Shown here: piece by piece, positions 28,449 through 37,806 of the stretch
Layout: the number at the start of each line of letters is the position of its first letter
Numbering within the stretch: position 1 is the first letter of the stretch
IMG/VR virus record: IMGVR_UViG_3300028886_000035
Location: 217,187-281,186 of that record
Direction: 5' to 3' (one strand)
Length of the DNA: 64,000 nt
Source of the DNA: a virus
Taxonomy: Duplodnaviria > Caudoviricetes
Notes under the pieces: model-generated
What the model was told of the DNA's origin: nothing
Seen by the model: the letters and a program-made list of their open reading frames with translations, nothing else
Database searches by the model: none
Program-made: the position numbers and the translations under genes

Positions 28449-28763
28449 TTGTTAAAATCATCAATTTCGGAGAAATCATTAATGAAAACAAAATTAATTT
28501 TTAAAGATAAAAAATTAGTAAAAATTAAAGCTACATTTGGTACAGGAATTCCATATGTCACATTATCCATGAACAATGAACATTTTTATGGATATGGAGC
28601 AGTATTCGATGAAGGGAAGCCACATATTCTTCCACATGAACCCATTCTTGATTTGTGTGATAATATCAGAATGTTTCATAAAAATTTAAATAAATATATT
28701 GATATTATTCAACAAACATATGATTACTTCAAAATACAACTTGCCATATATAATGGACTATAA
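28449..28763 (+). CDS. Hypothetical protein
   Basis: First gene of a plus-strand operon. Confidence 0.55.
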   Translation: MLKSSISEKSLMKTKLIFKDKKLVKIKATFGTGIPYVTLSMNNEHFYGYGAVFDEGKPHILPHEPILDLCDNIRMFHKNLNKYIDIIQQTYDYFKIQLAIYNGL

Positions 28764-28777
28764 ATGAGGAATTTATC

Positions 28778-29077
28778 ATGTATAGATTTATATTACATAT
28801 AGGCAAATATAACCTTTCAATGAATGCCGATGGAAACCTTTTTATTAAAAACTATAAATTATCATTATCTTTTATAGCTAATTTATATAATAACCCATTT
28901 ACTAGAGAAACGATTATACGTAATATAAGGGATTTTACGCATTTAAATATTTTCTCTAATTATTACGATAATGGCATATTAGAAGCAGATTATCAATATA
29001 CTTATCAAAAACTGCTACCATGTATTAAAAAATCAAATAAAATATATGTTTTTTTTATCTATAATTTCGGATTATGA
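28778..29077 (+). CDS. Hypothetical protein
   Basis: SD GAGGA. Confidence 0.55.
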   Translation: MYRFILHIGKYNLSMNADGNLFIKNYKLSLSFIANLYNNPFTRETIIRNIRDFTHLNIFSNYYDNGILEADYQYTYQKLLPCIKKSNKIYVFFIYNFGL

Positions 29078-29092
29078 AAGGAAAAATATAAA

Positions 29093-30538
29093 ATGAATAT
29101 TTGCATTCAAAATCTTATTGACAACAAACCGAAAGCCATTCTATTAAGTGGATTACCTGGTTCAGGTAAATCTACAACTGCTATATTTTTTCGTCAAAAT
29201 GGATATTTTATCATCTGTAAAGACGATATTCGCCACAGATTAGCTTGCCGTAGATATTATTACAAACCTGAAACATTCTTTGAGCAGAGTCAACTACATC
29301 AATTTTCAAAACTTGTTCATACAGTAAACGAAAATATTTGTTTTGCTTATCAACAATACCTTAAAGGAAAAGATAAATTCGATATTATCGACAAAACTAA
29401 AACTAGATTTTATCGTGGTTATCATAATATGAATAATCAAGATATTATTTTTGATACTATTAAATCCTATATCATCGAATTTACAGAACATAATTTAAAT
29501 CAAGGTATTGTTTTTGACGCTACTTATCTTACTACAAAATCACGCTGTTCAATTATTCAAAATATAAAACTACCGATTTATTGTATCTTCTACTCTATTC
29601 CGTCTGATATTGCCTATAAGCGTGTTCTAAACCGTTCTAAAACCATTATATCCTATTATCACGAAAAGTCAGTCTACGGTCGTTTTGTCCCTATGCAATC
29701 TATTAAACGTATGGAATCTACAATTACTATTCCGAATCAAAATGAAGGATTTAATGATGTATTCATTATTCCTTATAAAACCATCGAAAATAAATCAACA
29801 CAAATCATGGATTTCATTACTAATTTCAAATGCAATCAGGAATATCATGATTTGGCTATGGATTCGTTTCCGTCCTTCAGTCAAACAAATAATCTGTCAC
29901 AACATAATGAAAATCATTATTATACCGTTGATTGGCATATGATGTACGCTACTGAATATGTAAAAAAATATTCTAAAGACAAAGCTCTTATTTTAGCTAC
30001 TTTGTTACATGATGTAGGTAAATTCGATACTAAAGCCTTTTATATTAAATTGACTAAACCAATTGATAATTATAAAGAAGGTAAAAAATTCAAAGTCAAA
30101 TATATTTTAAACAGGCAGACATATGTTTGTCAAAATACTTTTAATTTTGATATTGTGTACATTGATAAAAACTATGCAACTTTTGATATGAATGCGCATT
30201 ACTATGCACATCAATATACTTCTGCTATTAAAGCATATAATGATTTAATCTCTTTAAACGTAAATCATGATTTTGCTTACAAAGTTTATCTATATATATA
30301 TTTTCATATGTATATTCCGTTCCATCATACTATTACTTATAAAGAGTTATATACATTGAAAAATTATTTAACCAAAGACGAATGTAAAAACCTTCTCTTA
30401 CTCCGTCAAGCAGACCAATATTCACAACACATTCAACGTAATATAAAACAGTTCCATGATAATTTTCAGTTAAATGAAATGTATAATAAAGATGAGATGC
30501 TAATTAATGATATTTACAAAACAAATTATTTTAAATAA
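29093..30538 (+). CDS. P-loop polynucleotide kinase fused to an HD phosphohydrolase (RNA end healing)
   Basis: GLPGSGKST, KDDIR, FDAT; H...H...LLHDVGK...H...H...AD. Confidence 0.8.
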   Translation: MNICIQNLIDNKPKAILLSGLPGSGKSTTAIFFRQNGYFIICKDDIRHRLACRRYYYKPETFFEQSQLHQFSKLVHTVNENICFAYQQYLKGKDKFDIIDKTKTRFYRGYHNMNNQDIIFDTIKSYIIEFTEHNLNQGIVFDATYLTTKSRCSIIQNIKLPIYCIFYSIPSDIAYKRVLNRSKTIISYYHEKSVYGRFVPMQSIKRMESTITIPNQNEGFNDVFIIPYKTIENKSTQIMDFITNFKCNQEYHDLAMDSFPSFSQTNNLSQHNENHYYTVDWHMMYATEYVKKYSKDKALILATLLHDVGKFDTKAFYIKLTKPIDNYKEGKKFKVKYILNRQTYVCQNTFNFDIVYIDKNYATFDMNAHYYAHQYTSAIKAYNDLISLNVNHDFAYKVYLYIYFHMYIPFHHTITYKELYTLKNYLTKDECKNLLLLRQADQYSQHIQRNIKQFHDNFQLNEMYNKDEMLINDIYKTNYFK

Positions 30539-30836
30539 GGGATATGATATTATGAATACTTCTAAAATCTCTGTATATAGTTCCTTCAATCTCAATAAAC
30601 CATTACTCGTTATTAACGATTGCCCAAATATCATCTTTTGGTTACAATCTTTCTTGCATATACCTCCCAAAGAAGTATTTCATAAATTTCCTTGTACAGA
30701 ACAACTATTAAAACAATTTCAGATTGATAAACCATTTAAATTGGGTAAAAATAAAAATGTCATCAGTTCTTCTAAAAAATTTATCAATCTGATTAAATCC
30801 CATCCTTCTGATTTTACTTTGATTATTAATGAATAA
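30507..30836 (+). CDS. Hypothetical protein
   Basis: ORF ending before the terminator. Confidence 0.5.
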   Translation: MIFTKQIILNKGYDIMNTSKISVYSSFNLNKPLLVINDCPNIIFWLQSFLHIPPKEVFHKFPCTEQLLKQFQIDKPFKLGKNKNVISSSKKFINLIKSHPSDFTLIINE

Positions 30837-30839
30837 ACT

Positions 30840-30872
30840 AAAAGGACGTACAATTAAGTACGTCCTTTTTTT
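30840..30872. terminator. Bidirectional terminator
   Basis: AAAAGGACGTAC/GTACGTCCTTTT. Confidence 0.8.
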
Positions 30873-31308
30873 ATTGCTTATTCATAGCTTTACTTTTTGT
30901 TTTCAGATAATCTACTACTACTTCTTTTACATTTTCTTTTAAATATTTCATCTGTTCTTTATAAACTTTTACATTATAACTGTATCCATTGGATAATTTG
31001 TATGCAGGTGACATACTAATAATAATCTGATTGTTGTCAAAATTGTATATTAGCCCATCTAAGCCCTTCGCAACAACATTATGACCTACTTTATCTGCTT
31101 TGTATCCAAATAGCTCTACGTCGCTCACATTAAGTTCTACCGGCTTTAAATTAAACGCACATACTTCTTTCCCTGCTATATTACCACTTCGTTCATCATC
31201 TAATACTACTTCATATCCTGCTAATACATACCATTTATTGAAAAACCATTTGGATTTAATCATCCATAAATACAATTTATATACAAGATTGTTTACAATA
31301 TTTGTCAT
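30871..31308 (-). CDS. Hypothetical protein
   Basis: ORF with SD AAAGGA. Confidence 0.55.
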   Translation of the reverse strand: MTNIVNNLVYKLYLWMIKSKWFFNKWYVLAGYEVVLDDERSGNIAGKEVCAFNLKPVELNVSDVELFGYKADKVGHNVVAKGLDGLIYNFDNNQIIISMSPAYKLSNGYSYNVKVYKEQMKYLKENVKEVVVDYLKTKSKAMNKQ

Positions 31309-31313
31309 TCCAA

Positions 31314-31859
31314 TTAATCCTTTCCTATATATGCCAAGTCTAAATTATATACAAATTTATCCTTCTTTGTAAATATTCTATAGGACACACCTCTATGAAT
31401 ACTTTTAATATATCTCGTTTTTGCTAGTGCAATCCAATTTCCATCTTTAAGTATGGCTTCTTTCATCATAATATCTATTTCTGTCTTTGGCACACCTACT
31501 GCCATACTGCTAATGATAAACAATTGATACGCATATCTTTCATAATTGCCATTTTTAGGAAATTCTACATGAATTACATTTACATTTCCACTTCTATCTA
31601 CTTCAAAATATCCATAAACATTTTCTCCATAATAAAATTTATACCCTTCTCCATACATAACTTTCCACATTAAATCATTTTGATTAATATTCCTCATGGG
31701 AGACATATATAATCCATTATCTAATCTGTCATTATACATACTTACTTTATTATATATTTCATATGCACTTTGATTATTGAACGAATCGGCAAATACTATG
31801 TTCATCAATACTGTACTCATTATCATAGTCATAATTATAATTTTGATATATCGTTTCAT
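31314..31859 (-). CDS. Secreted protein (signal peptide)
   Basis: MKR-hydrophobic-VFA; resembles 31914-32498. Confidence 0.65.
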   Translation of the reverse strand: MKRYIKIIIMTMIMSTVLMNIVFADSFNNQSAYEIYNKVSMYNDRLDNGLYMSPMRNINQNDLMWKVMYGEGYKFYYGENVYGYFEVDRSGNVNVIHVEFPKNGNYERYAYQLFIISSMAVGVPKTEIDIMMKEAILKDGNWIALAKTRYIKSIHRGVSYRIFTKKDKFVYNLDLAYIGKD

Positions 31860-31913
31860 TTTTATGCTCCTTTCTATAAAAAAGGAAGATATATAAATAT
31901 CTTCCTAAATTAT

Positions 31914-32498
31914 TTATTTCGCATTCCCATCATCGGAAGCTATTACCATATACTGAAACGTATTTTTTCCTGAAAACATAATAGTATGAATGTATCTATT
32001 TGCTCCATATGACCACGTTGGCTTTGAAATAGCCATATTCATATTTACCTGATTTAAATGATTCAATTGATTCGTTACATCATTATACGTTAAATTTAAT
32101 GCACTCAATGTATACAAATACATTCTACTAGCAAGATTTCGTTTGCTTTCATAACTACTATCTGTTACAATCTGTACAATAGATACATATCCCGCTCCAT
32201 TGACCCAAAACATTTCTACTACTCCATTCGTCTGAAATAGCCAAATGTCATATAATCCATTATCCGACTTCCCACTTTGCACTAGATTACCAATATTCCT
32301 ATTTTCTCCTTTTGCTACCATCGTATTAATTACTTTTTGATAGACATTATACGCACCTTCATCTGATACCTGTACCTGACTCGCAAAACAATTGCCAAAA
32401 CTGAATGCCATAATCATTGTCATAATCAACAGTACTTTCTTCATTTTATTTACCTCCTCCATAACGCATATTCCTTTTTTATACTTATATTGTATCAT
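31914..32498 (-). CDS. Secreted protein (signal peptide; real start probably MKKVLL)
   Basis: SD GGAGGT; AY.VY.KV, N..G.V..V.I pattern shared with its neighbour. Confidence 0.65.
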   Translation of the reverse strand: MIQYKYKKGICVMEEVNKMKKVLLIMTMIMAFSFGNCFASQVQVSDEGAYNVYQKVINTMVAKGENRNIGNLVQSGKSDNGLYDIWLFQTNGVVEMFWVNGAGYVSIVQIVTDSSYESKRNLASRMYLYTLSALNLTYNDVTNQLNHLNQVNMNMAISKPTWSYGANRYIHTIMFSGKNTFQYMVIASDDGNAK

Positions 32499-32666
32499 CT
32501 TTTATCTTATTTGTCAATAGTTTGGTTTTAATTTTTATATATAAAAAGCAACGATTTATAGTCGTTGCTCAATCCAATTTAAAATAATCGTTCTATATAT
32601 CTATTACAGTATAGTTCATTATACTCTGATAACGCTTTCCCTTTTAATTTTTCTATTTTTTCTATA

Positions 32667-32912
32667 TTATCTTGTACCTTTAATTATACTAATTATAAAT
32701 AAAATTAATGCTATCCCATTAACCATAGTATATCCTAATAAAATTAGTTTGGATATACTAGATAAAATAATGCTCGTTAAACAGAAAATATAGTATAATT
32801 CTATACGACTTCCTTTGATATCCGTTTTCCTTATTTTAAAATATTTCCATGTATCATTGATTAAATACAAACATAATATAACAAGTAAAATCATAAATAA
32901 ATAAATTGTCAT
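32667..32912 (-). CDS. Small membrane protein
   Basis: Three hydrophobic segments. Confidence 0.55.
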   Translation of the reverse strand: MTIYLFMILLVILCLYLINDTWKYFKIRKTDIKGSRIELYYIFCLTSIILSSISKLILLGYTMVNGIALILFIISIIKGTR

Positions 32913-33198
32913 TTTATGTCCACTCCATATAATTCTTTTTATCTTATATTATAATGCATTCATGTATTTTGTCAATAGGTTTAATTATATATCTTAAAAA
33001 GATATAGATGTATAAATAGAACCATTATATTAAATGTATATGTATAAAGCTAGATATATGTATAAATAAATAGAGAACTAGATAGATATATAGATAGATA
33101 TAAGGTTATAGATGAACATGTATAATAATATTGATTCCATAATGGACATTTTATCACATATAAAAAAGAGACACTTCCTTGTGTCTCTTTTAACTATA

Positions 33199-34749
33199 TT
33201 AAAGGACTTGTTTAACCACGTCATAGCGTGAGTTATCAAGAACCTTTTTTAGTGCTTTCCAAGGGTCAAGTTCTCCACTAATAACCATATCAAGGATATT
33301 TTTAGAGAAGCCACTCACAAGAACAACACCGTTTTCGTTCTGCTGGAGAGGAATACCACTTGTACGAGAATTAACATTCCAAAATACAAGGCGTGGGAGT
33401 TTATATCCTGCATCAGTAAACTTTTTAGAAATCGTCTCCATAAGCACTTCATCGTCCATAGATTTTTTTCCACTCCAATAGTCATAACGACCATGAGCGT
33501 AGTCAAATTCCATGTCACTAATGATAAGAATATTTGCAGGAAGTTCTTCCTGAGTCAAATGATTCTTGATTGCTGCCTTTAGAACGAGGTCAAACGTCTT
33601 TTCCAAATCTGTATTGGAACAGTCATCAAACTGTGACGTTTCCACGAGTCTATCATGGAGAGTGTTCCCATGAAGTGTTACCAATTCAGGAGAAGAACTA
33701 AACGTGATAAACTTATTCTTAAATGCCTTAGTATTGTTTTCTGCACAATACAGACAAATGGAATTAGCAACGTCAAGAGCGGTTGCGCTTGTTTTTTCGA
33801 GCTGAACCGTCATAGAGCCACTACCATCACGAACGACCAAGGTATCTGCTACCATTGGAATTTTATCCTGTGCTTTCCACAATTCTTCCAAAGTGGCATC
33901 TTCCTTTTTAACATTTTTATAACCCCAAAGCGAATTGTTCATATAGTTATGAACAATATCATAAAGGAACATAGCATTGGCATTAATTTTCTCCTTGCCA
34001 TTAGAGAGGTCATCCAAGTATTTCTGGCGACGTTCTTCATCATGGCGCATGAAAGCATCACGATAAATAATATTCGCCTTAGAAGGAACGGCACTATAAT
34101 CAATCTTATCGTAAGATTTACGAGAAAGGTTGACTTCGACAACATTCAAGTACTTGCGAAGTTTTGCAAGGAGTTTACGATACTGACGAGGCTTCAGTTG
34201 CAATTCCTTGCAAAGCATATTGGCAATCGCACGAGTCTCTTTCGATGACGTATTAATAGATGGCATCCACTTTGCAAGTAAAGAGATAGATTTTCCCTCT
34301 TTCATAAGAGCAATATCTTCTCTAAGCTGGTTGTAGATATTTTCCACAATAATTGCTTGAATTGCACTATTCACTTTTGGGTAAATTGCAATCATATCAT
34401 CAAAACGACCATATTCCTCAATAGGAATATCTTTGACAATTTTCATAGCAAGTTCCAAATCGTGTTTTGCAATTTCAACAATCAAACCACGAAAAATTTC
34501 ACGTTCTCCGAGTCCGCCACGAATATCACGGCTAAAGAGAAGCCAACGCAACGCATATTCAGGACTCTCATCATATGCGTCCATAAAAAACCCATAGTTA
34601 ACGCTATTATTGCCCCTAATGGCATTTGCACGCATCTGCGGAACTTTGAAGTTCAGGTCAACGATAGACTTACCGCTAGAAGCGAACATCGTAGCACCGT
34701 TTTCCGTTTCAACCGTCTGCGTATTTTTCATAGCATTGAAAATATCCAT
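33199..34749 (-). CDS. DUF2828 family TROVE/Ro60-like helical + vWA protein
   Basis: TENGA, RDIRGGLGER, EYGRFDD, LLAKWMPS, MIDAS DGSGSM...T...SDMEFD, FWNV, VSGFS. Confidence 0.85.
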   Translation of the reverse strand: MDIFNAMKNTQTVETENGATMFASSGKSIVDLNFKVPQMRANAIRGNNSVNYGFFMDAYDESPEYALRWLLFSRDIRGGLGEREIFRGLIVEIAKHDLELAMKIVKDIPIEEYGRFDDMIAIYPKVNSAIQAIIVENIYNQLREDIALMKEGKSISLLAKWMPSINTSSKETRAIANMLCKELQLKPRQYRKLLAKLRKYLNVVEVNLSRKSYDKIDYSAVPSKANIIYRDAFMRHDEERRQKYLDDLSNGKEKINANAMFLYDIVHNYMNNSLWGYKNVKKEDATLEELWKAQDKIPMVADTLVVRDGSGSMTVQLEKTSATALDVANSICLYCAENNTKAFKNKFITFSSSPELVTLHGNTLHDRLVETSQFDDCSNTDLEKTFDLVLKAAIKNHLTQEELPANILIISDMEFDYAHGRYDYWSGKKSMDDEVLMETISKKFTDAGYKLPRLVFWNVNSRTSGIPLQQNENGVVLVSGFSKNILDMVISGELDPWKALKKVLDNSRYDVVKQVL

Positions 34750-34904
34750 TATTGCATCTTTCCTTTCAATTTGTGTTTCGTTTAACTGTTGTTTTTAGTA
34801 TATCACATAGTTTTTTATATGTCAACAGTTTTTTGAAAAATATTTAATAAAACATATAAAAGTATTTGTTTTTAATAATATATAAATTTAATATAAAAAT
34901 GTCA

Positions 34905-34942
34905 AGGAAAAAGACGTAACTATTTCGCTACGTCTTTTTCCC
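34905..34942 (-). terminator. Terminator after CAGCAA copies 6 and 5
   Basis: GGAAAAAGACGTA/TACGTCTTTTTCC. Confidence 0.7.
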
Positions 34943-35013
34943 GAAAGGAGTATTTTTTGTTTGCCATCCGTCTATCATGAGATATTGATAAATGCTATCA
35001 CAGAAAGGAGGAA

Positions 35014-35080
35014 ACAAGATTCTTAAAAAACTGTAGATTACATAGAAACATTTTTTCAAATAATTGCTGATAGAATCTTT
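35014..35080 (-). ncRNA. CAGCAA-stem RNA, copy 5
   Basis: AAGATTC-TAT-CAGCAA...GAATCTTGT (compensatory stem). Confidence 0.75.
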
Positions 35081-35088
35081 ACATATAT

Positions 35089-35262
35089 ACTAGACACGCA
35101 CATTTATCTTAGGAGGTTTAACCCTGTTATATAAAAGGAGGATATATAAAGGGAGGAGAAAATCATAACGTTTGCCGAACCGCACCGTAATGTGTAAAAT
35201 CGTCATCATTGACTCTGTTATCATTATTGTTCTGTATAAAAAATATTGCTGATTGTGTCTAA
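35089..35262 (-). ncRNA. CAGCAA-stem RNA, copy 6
   Basis: TAGACAC-AAT-CAGCAA...GTGTCTAGT; three anti-SD tracts inside. Confidence 0.75.
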
Positions 35263-35307
35263 AAAATTTATCAATATCTATAAAAATAATATACACAGTA
35301 TTATAAT

Positions 35308-35793
35308 TTATAACCACATTTTTAAAAAATTTAATAAGCCATAAACGCCAATTCCTGTATACATATAATATGTAATAAACGTGTAATTTTTTCTTTTAAT
35401 ATATGATATATATCTTGTCATATATACAATTGGATTTTGTTCAAAATCATAATTGCTAACTTTATCAACGAAATGTTTAATTCTTTTTACTTCAAAGAAA
35501 GTAAAAAATAAAATAATTACAAAACAAGGCAATAACCAAATAGCATTTGTAATTGAATATGTTACATAACACATAAACAAACTAAATGCTATTTCTGCCA
35601 AATCGACAATCATAACTGATTGGAATAAGGTAGTATGAATACCTTTTTCTCGTTTTAATAACGTATCGAATAGGTTAATGGTATCTTGTAATTTTTCTTT
35701 ACTCTTACGTTCACTTTTTGTACTGAAATTAGCATATGCGTGATGTAAATTTAATGCAACAAAAGCAATATAAGCTAAAAATATCCAAGCCAT
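35308..35793 (-). CDS. Membrane protein
   Basis: About four TM segments. Confidence 0.6.
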   Translation of the reverse strand: MAWIFLAYIAFVALNLHHAYANFSTKSERKSKEKLQDTINLFDTLLKREKGIHTTLFQSVMIVDLAEIAFSLFMCYVTYSITNAIWLLPCFVIILFFTFFEVKRIKHFVDKVSNYDFEQNPIVYMTRYISYIKRKNYTFITYYMYTGIGVYGLLNFLKMWL

Positions 35794-36371
35794 TACAATT
35801 TAACACCTTCCCAATAACCAAATTGTTGATATATACTATCTTTGTGTTTTGTGTCTTTTAAATGTTGTAAAAATTCATCTGCACTATGAAATTCTTTGTG
35901 ACAAGTATCACACTCATATTTAAAAACAGGTGGGTTTTCAAATTTTAAAAACTTATAGCACTTCTTTATTATATCTTCTTTTTCATATACTGTAATTAAA
36001 AAACCATTAAATGTACATTCAATTAATTCTTTACTAAATTGTTGTAAGTTTTCAATATCTACTTTATCTACAGGATAAAACATATGAAAGTCAAATTCAC
36101 TTAAAACAAGTTGTTGTGTATCAGATACAATATCAGTAATAACATGAATATCATAAATATTTTGTTTTACATTATATTCACAATAAAAATTATCACATTT
36201 TACACGGCAACCAAACATAGAAACTTTTTCATTTACTAACGCTTGAAGTGTTTCTAAAAAAAACATAAACACATCTTCATTATTATTATTTTTTTTATAA
36301 ATATCAAATGCTTTATATAAACGTATATTGTTATTTTGTATCCATTTTTCATCAATTAAATAATTGTTCAT
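35793..36371 (-). CDS. Protein with a C-terminal C2H2 zinc finger
   Basis: YECDTCHKEFHSADEFLQHLKDTKH. Confidence 0.65.
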   Translation of the reverse strand: MNNYLIDEKWIQNNNIRLYKAFDIYKKNNNNEDVFMFFLETLQALVNEKVSMFGCRVKCDNFYCEYNVKQNIYDIHVITDIVSDTQQLVLSEFDFHMFYPVDKVDIENLQQFSKELIECTFNGFLITVYEKEDIIKKCYKFLKFENPPVFKYECDTCHKEFHSADEFLQHLKDTKHKDSIYQQFGYWEGVKL

Positions 36372-36383
36372 AATAATCTCCTA

Positions 36384-36495
36384 TTGACATCCCACCACCT
36401 AAAGAGGTGTGGGATTCCTATTTCTTTGACCGTAGCGTATGCGGTGAAACCGCATGAGGTATGGCGTAGCCATACCTTTTTACGTCTTACACAAC
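36384..36495 (-). mobile_element. IS605 right end with the 3' part of a TnpB reRNA (homolog of 20989-21110)
   Basis: Shared GTAAGAC.TAAAAA, two covarying hairpins, GCT.CGGTCAA.GAA..TAGGAAT.CC..CTTTAGG..GGGA.TGTCAA. Confidence 0.7.
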
Positions 36496-36592
36496 ATTAT
36501 AACACAAAATGGGAGGAATTTCACCTCCCATTCACATTAAAATTTTATTAGTTAAAATTAGTTGCCATTTTTTATCTCCATTGAATAATATG

Positions 36593-36973
36593 TCAGTACC
36601 AGCTTTCATAGAATATAGCGTTGCCTTTTTTGAACTCCTCTCTAGCCTCTTCGCAAAAATCCATAATTGAACTATATTCATAATCTCCAAATGGTCTATC
36701 TCCCCAAAAGAATCCTGGCTTATCATACTCTTTAATTTTACCGCTTTTTGTATCTTCTTCTAGCCTATCAATATCTTCTGGAAGAACTTGAACAATCTTC
36801 ATATTAAATTCATCTTTCCCACCAAGAGACTTGTATAGATTTTCCATCCAGTTATGGAGAAATCTATTCTTTCCACAACCAAAAATTTCATCATGTTTAT
36901 AGTCTTGATTGTATTCAAAACGATTAATAACTGCTTTATTTTTTACAATAAATGCATATTGGTCAAGCCCCAT
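36593..36973 (-). CDS. MGLD-type conserved phage protein
   Basis: MGLDQY...K...LHNWM...FN...GFFWG...Y.SW; related to 46585-46974. Confidence 0.65.
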   Translation of the reverse strand: MGLDQYAFIVKNKAVINRFEYNQDYKHDEIFGCGKNRFLHNWMENLYKSLGGKDEFNMKIVQVLPEDIDRLEEDTKSGKIKEYDKPGFFWGDRPFGDYEYSSIMDFCEEAREEFKKGNAIFYESWY

Positions 36974-37241
36974 GATATTCTCTCCTTTCTAAAAGCATAT
37001 ACAAATGTGTACAAAAGTGTATTTTATGCACATTTTAACCGATAAAATATGGCATGAATCGTCCTACCATATACTTTTTACATATTATATTTTTTTAATT
37101 CTTGATTTGCTTGATAATACTGTTTGAACAATTTTTTAAGTATTGGGACATTTTCTTCCTTTAATTCAATTTCAAGAATTTTTTTATTTACTTCGTCTCT
37201 TTGTTTTTGTGCTAAGCGAATGGCGAATTCATTTGGATTAT

Positions 37242-37763
37242 TCATTTTTCATTCATCACATTCAACATAGCATTGATATAATCACTCATTTCATTCATAT
37301 CTTTTTCATTAAATGCTTCTCTGAAAAGATTATGGAATTTCTGATGATTATGTTTTGGATATTCCCACGAACTCAAACGAGGACGAACTTTATCCGAACT
37401 CGTATTCGTTTTATCTGTATTAACTGTGTTATTAGAAATAGAAGGTTTAATTGCTTTCTCAAATGCTGAACGGTTCTTTTTTACATCTTCAAGCATTTCA
37501 TTAAGAAATCCCTTGTAAGAATCATCTTCGTTTTCTTTTACTGCTACGAAATTAACAAGTTTGCTAAATACATTTGCAGAAAGAACTACTTTATCATTTG
37601 GAATAGATGGAACAAAATCCTTTTGCTTCTGCTCGTATTCCTTTTCTTTTTTCATTTCATATTTGCTAATATAATCCATAATCGTATTGAACTCAATGCT
37701 TTTCAACTGGTCAACATGCTTATTGATAATCTCCATAATGTCATTATAATTCTGATTTTCCAT
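37242..37763 (-). CDS. Hypothetical protein
   Basis: SD GGAGGA. Confidence 0.6.
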   Translation of the reverse strand: MENQNYNDIMEIINKHVDQLKSIEFNTIMDYISKYEMKKEKEYEQKQKDFVPSIPNDKVVLSANVFSKLVNFVAVKENEDDSYKGFLNEMLEDVKKNRSAFEKAIKPSISNNTVNTDKTNTSSDKVRPRLSSWEYPKHNHQKFHNLFREAFNEKDMNEMSDYINAMLNVMNEK

Positions 37764-37806
37764 AGTTAATATCCTCCATAGATGTTTTCTTTATACATAT
37801 AGTATA

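Noticed and set aside
33164-33191. AGACAC/GTGTCT hairpin resembling the ncRNA stem
   Set aside because: No CAGCAA; position and A/T tails fit a plain terminator for the DUF2828 gene.
17827-36495. CRISPR array
   Set aside because: No regularly spaced repeats with unique spacers; the repeats are dispersed or directly tandem.
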